Positions 53,925 through 64,000 of a stretch of DNA of 64,000 nucleotides are shown one piece after another. This DNA comes from the human T2T-CHM13v2.0 reference genome, Homo sapiens. The notes under the pieces are model-generated. The model searched no databases. It worked only from the letters and a program-made list of their open reading frames with translations, and had not been told where the DNA came from. Numbering within the stretch: position 1 is the first letter of the stretch; each line of letters opens with the position of its first letter. Position numbers and translations under genes: made by a program. The DNA lies in assembly GCF_009914755.1 (NCBI RefSeq), contig NC_060930.1; one strand, written 5' to 3'.

Positions 53925-56040
53925 AAGACATGGTATCAACCTAAATGCCAATCAACAATAGACTGTTAAAGGAAATGTGGTACATAAACACCATGGAATA
54001 CTATGCATCCAGGAAAAATAACAAGACCATGTTCTTTGCAGCCACATGGATAGAGCTGCAGGCCATTATCCTAAGTGAACTAATGCAGGAACCGAAAACC
54101 AAATACCAAATGTTCTGACTTGTAAGTGGGAGCTATGTGGGCACTTATTGAGCAAAATTTCAGGATACAAAATCAATGTACAAAAATAAGTATCATTTCT
54201 ACATACCAACAAAGTCAAAGCTGAGTGCCAAATCAAGAATGCAATCCCATTCAAAATAGCCACCAAAAAAATAAAATACCTAGGAATACAGCTAACCATG
54301 AAGATGAAAGATCTCTAAAGCGAGAATTACAAAACACTGCTGAAAGAAATCAAGACGTCACAAATGGAAAATAATTCCATGCTCTTGGACAAGAATGAAT
54401 ATTGTTAAAATGGCCATGCTGCTCAAAGCAACTTATAGATTCATTACTATTCCTATTAAACTACCAAGGAATTTTTTTACAGAGTTAGAAAAATCTATTT
54501 GAAAATTGATATGGAACCAAAAAAGAGCCTGAATAGCCAAAGCAATCATAAGCAAAAAGAACAAAGCTGGAGGCATCATGTTACCTAACTTCAAACCATG
54601 CAACGAACCTATAGAAACCAAAACAGCATAGTACTTATACTACAACAGACACATAGAACAATGGAACAGAATGGAGAGGCCAGAAATAAAGCCACACACC
54701 TACAGCCATCTGATATGCAACAAAATTGACAAACAAACAAACAAAAAAGAAATGGAGAAAGGGCTTCCTATTCAATAAATGGTGCTGGGATAGCTGCCTA
54801 GCCATGTGCAGAAGATTGAAACTGGACCCATTCCTTTCACCATATAAAAAAATCAACTCAAGATGGATTAAAGACTTAATGTAAAACCTAAAACTATAAA
54901 ACCCGTTGAGGAATACATAGCAAATACCATTCTGGACACAGGCCCTGACATGGATTTCATGATGAAAATGCCAAAAGTGATGGTAACAAAACCAAAAATT
55001 GACAAATAGGATAGAATTAAACTGAAAAACTCCTCTACAGGAAAAGAAACTATTAACAGAGTAAACAGACGACCTCCAGAATGGGGAGAAAATGTTTTCA
55101 AACTATGCATCTGAAAAAAGGTCTAAAGTTCAGAATCTTTAAGGATTTAAACAAATTAGTAAGCAAACAACAAACAACCTCATTAAAAAGTGGGCAAAGG
55201 ACATGAACAGACACTTTTCAAAAGTAGACATACTTGCAGTGAACAAGCATATGAAAAATGCTCAACATTATTGATCATTAGAGAAATGCATATAAAATCA
55301 CAATGAGATACCATCACCCCAGTCAAAATAGCTATTATTAAAAAGTCAAAAAATAACAGATGCTGGTGAGGTTGTGGAGAAAAGGGAACACATATGCTGA
55401 TACTACACTGATGATGAGGGTGTAAGTTAGTTCAGCTATTGTAGAAAGCAGTTTGGAAATTTCTCAAGGAACTTAAAAGAGTTACTATTCAATACGGCAA
55501 CCCCATTATTGGGTATATACCCAAAGGAATAAATTATTCTACCATAAAGACACATGTAAGCATATGTTTGTTCACTGCAGCACTATTTGCAATAGCAAAG
55601 ACATGGAATCAACCTAAATGCCCATCAACAGAAGACTGGATAAAGAAAATGTGGTACATATACACCATGGAATACTATGAGGCCATAAGAAGAATGAGAT
55701 CATGGCCTTTGCAGGAAGATGGATGGAGCTAGAGGCTGTTATGCTAAGTAAATTAGGAACAGAAAACCAAATACCATCTGTTCTTACTTATAAGTGGGAG
55801 CTAAACTTCGTGTTCACATCGAGGCAAAGAAGGGAACAACAGACACTGGGGCCTACTTGAGGGTGGAGGGTGAGAGGAGGGTGAGGACTGAAAAACTACC
55901 TATTAAAGCTACCTTTAGAGACCATGCTTATTACCCAGGTGATGAAATGATCTATATACCAACCCCCCCATGACATACAATTTACCTATTTAACAAATCT
56001 GTAGGTGTACTCCTGAATCTAAAATAAAAGTTTAAAAAAA
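53925..56040 (+). mobile_element. L1PB-like 3' portion (54151-56040) preceded by a same-strand 3'-region fragment (53925-54135)
   Basis: ORF2 from AGCAAAATTTCAGGATACAAAATCAATG through the 3'UTR (AACTACCTATT...AATAAAAGTTTAAAAAAA). Confidence 0.88.
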
Positions 56041-56284
56041 ACTTGGTCAAAGAAAAGGAGGTATTAGGAAAGCTTCCCAGAGAAGTTTATATTTAATTTG
56101 CATCATAGAGGAGCCATAACTAAGAAAGACAAAAACAAACTAGATGGCATTTAAGTATCTAAAGTTCTAAATTTCCATTATTTTATTAACACATTAGGAT
56201 GAGTGGTTAATGACAGGTAGGTATTGAATGCTTACTAATTTTCAGTCATCATGTTAAGAACTAAATGGTTTCATGTCATCCACT

Positions 56285-56662
56285 TGTTGTAGATTTGATT
56301 GTGTCTCCCCCAGTTCATATGTAGAATCTGTAACCCCTAATGTGACTGTATTTGGAGATAGGGTCTTTAAGGAGATATTTAAGGGAGTCATAATGTTGGG
56401 ACCCAGATCCAATTCTATTGGTGTCCATATAAGAAGAGGAAGAGGTACCAGGGATTCTTGCATGCAGAGGAAAGACAGTATGAGGATACAGAATGAATGT
56501 GTCTGTCTGCAAGCCAGAAAGTGAGATGTCACCAGAAACCATTCATGCTGGTATCTTGATACTGAACTTTCAGACTTCAAACCTATAAGAAAATAAATTT
56601 CTTTTTTTTTAAGCCACTAAGCTTGTGATATTTTGTTTTGACAGTCCTAAACAGACTAATAG
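56285..56662 (+). mobile_element. MaLR LTR (MLT1A-like)
   Basis: CCCCTAATGTGACTGTATTTGGAGATAGGGTCTTTAAGGAG...AAGCCAC...ACAGACTAATA. Confidence 0.85.
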
Positions 56663-56849
56663 AGATTTTAGAAACCTGACTAATAAACCTCTAAACCACC
56701 ATATGTTGTATATGCTATAATGATTCTCATTTTCAATATGAGAAATCTGTGGTTCCAACACTTTATTATCCATCACTATGATCCCTAATCACATGGATTT
56801 CAATCCAGAGAATATGACATCATAGCATATACTTGTTTTCCTTCTACTT

Positions 56850-57830
56850 TAGTTATTAAATTCTAATTTTATTATGTTGTGATGAAATTCTGTGATTTGA
56901 ACGATTTCAACTTTGGAGAATAGTTAGAGGCTTTTAATATTGGGTCAATTTTTTACTTAGAGAGCTTGAGTGTAAGCATCTGTTAGAACAAGTTTGTTAA
57001 TCATATTAATTTTTATATATCCATTTGTAGGTTTTATTTACTTTGCTTCATGTACTTCATGAATTTTGATGCTGTGTTTATTCTATGCATAAATATTCAT
57101 GTCAGTTAGTTGTTTATTGTGGTGTGTAAATTTTATCACTAAAGTTTTTTTTGCTTTATTGCTCTCTGCCACAAGTTTATTTTTATCTGATAATTATATT
57201 ATGACCCTACTTTAAAAAAATTCATTCCTTAATATTTTTGCCAATATTTTATGCTTTATATATTTTCATTCACTTTAATTTAAAAGCTTTTCTCATATAT
57301 AGCATCTTCACTTTTGCATTTTTAATCAATTAAGGATTAAAATTTTAACCATTTATCACTAGTGGTTTTACAGGTATCTTTGATTTAACACTTTTATTAA
57401 TTTTATACTAGGATTTCTGCTTTTAAAGTTCCTGTTGCTCTTTTTTTTTTTAACATTTAACTCTGCAGCCTGTATTTTCTTGTCTTTAAAATAAATGATT
57501 GAGTGTTTTCCTTCTGGTAATTTGTAAGGTTTATGGCTGTTTTAGCACTTTTGGTGATTAACTTTAAAATCTTAAGTATATTTACCATAAATATTTGATT
57601 TAGCAGCTGTGAAGATATCTTTGGGTCTCTGCTCTAATTGAAAAATCATCCGTATTTACAGAATGTACCTCTCTGATTCTGACATCAAGAGTCTGATTAT
57701 TTCTGCATTATCAAAGTTTATAACATTTATATTATTTCTTGTAACCACATTTTGCAGAATTGTTTACTTACAGCCAGTCCCTTTACCACAAGTAGGCCAT
57801 CCTTCTATTTATATTTTGTGTGGTTAGAGT
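56850..57830 (-). mobile_element. Highly decayed L1M remnants
   Basis: TTCTAATTTTATTATGTTGTGAT, GCATAAATATTCATG, TTATCTGATA...ATGACCCTAC resemble antisense EN-region sequence. Confidence 0.4.
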
Positions 57831-57851
57831 TCATCAAGAAATAGCTCTTTC

Positions 57852-58167
<316 letters not shown>

Positions 58168-58309
58168 TTAGGTTTCGGACTCCCTTAGTTTATATACATT
58201 TGAAACAGTCTGACTTAGGCTTCAAACTGATTAATATTTCATCAGTGCTTAAGATGTGCAAGCCATTATTTTGAGGATATTACAAATATATAGTTTAATT
58301 TCATATGAA

Positions 58310-58390
58310 ATGGATAATGTTATTTCAAATGTTCAGATGAGAGCACTGAGATCAAGCAAGGTTAAGTAAATTACTCAAAGACACAAAACT
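58310..58390 (-). mobile_element. MIR core fragment
   Basis: CAGATGAGAGCACTGAG...AGGTTAAGTAAATTACTCAAAGACACA. Confidence 0.65.
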
Positions 58391-58476
58391 AGAATTTTAC
58401 ATCCTGTGATGACAACTTGTCTGATTTTATAGTTATTAGAATTCACTTTATTTCTCTGAGGACATTGCAGGTACTA

Positions 58477-58876
58477 TGCGTTAGTCCACTTTGCATTCCT
58501 ATAAAAATACTTGAGATGGGATAATTTATAAAGAAAAATGTTTATTTGGCTCTCAGTTCTGCTATCTGGAAGATTGGACATCTGGTGAAAACCTCAGGCT
58601 GCTTCCACTCATAGCAGCAGGTGAACAGGAGCTAGGGTATACAAAGATCACATGGCAAGAGAGGGAAGCAAGATTAGGAGTGGGAGGAGGCGCCAGTCTC
58701 TTTTTAACAACCAGCTTTTACAGGAACTAATAGAGTGAGAACTCATTCATTACCATGAGGATGAGTCACCAAGCCATTCATGAAGGGTGTGTCCCTAAGA
58801 CCCAAACACCTCTCATTAAGCCCCACCTTCAACATTGAGGACCAAATTTGGGAGGACAGACATCCAAACTATAGCA
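58477..58876 (-). mobile_element. MaLR LTR (MSTB-like)
   Basis: TTAGTCCACTTTGCATTCCTATAAA...ACTAATAGAGTGAGAACTCA...CATCCAAACTATAGCA. Confidence 0.87.
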
Positions 58877-59309
58877 TGTTGCTATAAAGGAGTCAAAATT
58901 TCCTCACTTATAGATGGCTTTATTTATTTATTTTTGCTTTACTATACCTACATTCCTTTTTAAAAATAGAGCATAATATAGCTTTTATTAATTAATAAAA
59001 ATATTTTATTTCTTACTTTTTATGTTTCACTCCTTTTGTTACACTCCAAAGGTGTTTTACCTAATTTTGTTTTGTGTCTCTTTTATTAATGTATTCTGTT
59101 AACTTCTCTAATAAACTTAAAACATAACACATTTTCTCGATTTGTTTACGTAAGCATTATCTTCTGCTCTCCCCATTATGAAAGATGGGAATATTACTAT
59201 CATTGAAGTTCCACATGCCATCTCTTTCTTCCTCTGCTGCCCTCACCTCCTCTTCCTCTTCTTTTCATTCCTTCCCTTCTTCCTCCTCCATCCTCTTTCA
59301 ATGTCTATT

Positions 59310-59485
59310 AGCAATTCTTGGTATTCCTTGGCTTGAAGCTACATAACTCCAATATCTGCACGCATCTTCACATGGCCTTCTCCCCTGTTTCTCTGTATCA
59401 CAAACTTACCTCTCCTTTCTCTTATAAGGGCACCAGTCACTGGGCTTAGGACCCACCCTGAATCCAGGATGATTTTGTCCCACAA
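59310..59485 (-). mobile_element. MLT1 LTR fragment cut by the L1PA insertion
   Basis: TTCCTTGGCTTG, TCTTCACATGGCCTTCTCCC, CTTATAAGGGCACCAGTCA...GGACCCACCCT. Confidence 0.75.
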
Positions 59486-59709
59486 TCATCAGAGGAAGGA
59501 TTAGGCAGCAACATCTGCTGTTCTGCAGCCTCTGCTGGTGATACCCAGGCAAACAGGGTCTGGAGTGGACCCCCAGCAAACTCCAACAGACCTGCAGCTG
59601 AGGGTCCTAACTGTTAGAAGGAAAACTAACAAACGGAAAGGACTTTCACACCAAAACCCCATTGGCACGTCACCATCATGAAAGACCAAAGGTAGATAAA
59701 GCCACAAAG

Positions 59710-60711
59710 ATGGGGAGAAACCAGACAGAAAAGCTGAAAATTCTAAAAATCAGAGCACCTCTTCTCCTCCAAAGGAACGCAGCTACTTGCCAGCAACAGA
59801 ACAAAGGTGGATGGAGAATGACTTTGACGAGTTGAGAGAAGAAGGCTTCAGATGATCGGTAATAACAAACTTCTCCAAGCTAAAGGAGGATATTCGAACC
59901 CATCACAAAGAAGCTAAGAACTTTGAAAAAAGATTAGACGAATAGCTAACTACAATAACCAGTGTAGAGAAGTCCTTAAATGACTAATGGAGCTGTAAAC
60001 CATGGCATGAGAACTATGTGATGAATGCACAAGCTTCAGTAGCCGATCTGATCAAGTGGAAGAAAGGGTATCAGTGATTGAAGATCAAATGAATTACATG
60101 AAGCAAGAAGATAAGTTTAGAGAAAAAAGAGTAAAAAGAAATGAACAAAGCCTCCAAGAAATATGGGACTATGCAAAAAGATGAAATCTATGTCTGATTG
60201 GTGTACCTGAAAATGATGGGGAGAACAGAACCAAGTTATCCAGGAGAACATCCACAACCTAGCAAGACAGGCCAACATTCAAATTCAGGAAATACAGAGA
60301 ACGCCACAAAGATACTCCTTGAGAAGAGCAACTCCAAGACACATAATTGTCAGATTCACCAAAGTTGAAATGAAGGAAAAAATGTTAAGGGCAATCAGAG
60401 AGAAAGGTCGGGTTACCCACAAAGGGAAGCCCATCAGAGTAACAGTGGATCTCTCAGCAGAAACTCTACAAGCCAGAAGAGAGTGGGGGCCAACATTCAA
60501 CATTCTTAAAGAAAAGAATTTTCAACCCAGAATTTCATATCCAGCCAAACTAAGCTTCATAAATGAAGGAGAAATAAAATCCTTTACAGACAAGCAAATG
60601 CTGAGAGATTTTGTCACCAGCAGGCCTGCCCTACAAGAGCTCCTGAAGGAAGCACTAAACATGGAAAGGAACAACCCGTATCAGCCACTGCAAAATCATC
60701 CCAAATTGTAA
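59710..60711 (+). pseudogene. Disabled L1 ORF1p
   Basis: ATGGGGAGAAACCAG start with a frameshift/stops and a deletion at ~60238. The C-terminal ORF 60319..60711 (RRATPRHIIVRFTKVEMKEK...YPAKLSF) is still open. Confidence 0.92.
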
Positions 60712-60774
60712 AGACCATCGAGGCTAGGAAGAAACTGCATCAACTAATGAGCAAAATAACCAGCTAACATCATA

Positions 60775-64000
<3,226 letters not shown>

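Overview
Primate (human-like) genomic DNA that is AT-rich, CpG-poor and dominated by interspersed repeats. I found no credible host protein-coding gene, RNA gene or CpG island. Every long ORF in the track is explained by LINE-1 ORF1/ORF2 remnants, Alu translation, LTR remnants or microsatellites. Roughly 40-45% of the window is LINE-1 (my estimate from the intervals below). It includes the 5' part of an older L1PA/L1PREC-type element at the left edge, a near-full-length L1MA-type element with an internal deletion (26.4-31.9 kb), a near-full-length L1MC1-type element carrying nested younger insertions (42.6-50.7 kb), and a degraded L1PA running off the right edge. There are also 11 Alus, several MaLR (MLT1/MST) and ERV LTRs, L2/MIR relics and DNA-transposon fossils. 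Subfamily names come from my recall of consensus sequences, not from a database search. I cannot support a novel biological system. The best second-look items are mechanistic scars (a ~50-bp target-site duplication, a twin-priming inversion in an old L1, three-level nesting, template-switch hairpins) plus a few candidate regulatory or structured elements in unique sequence.
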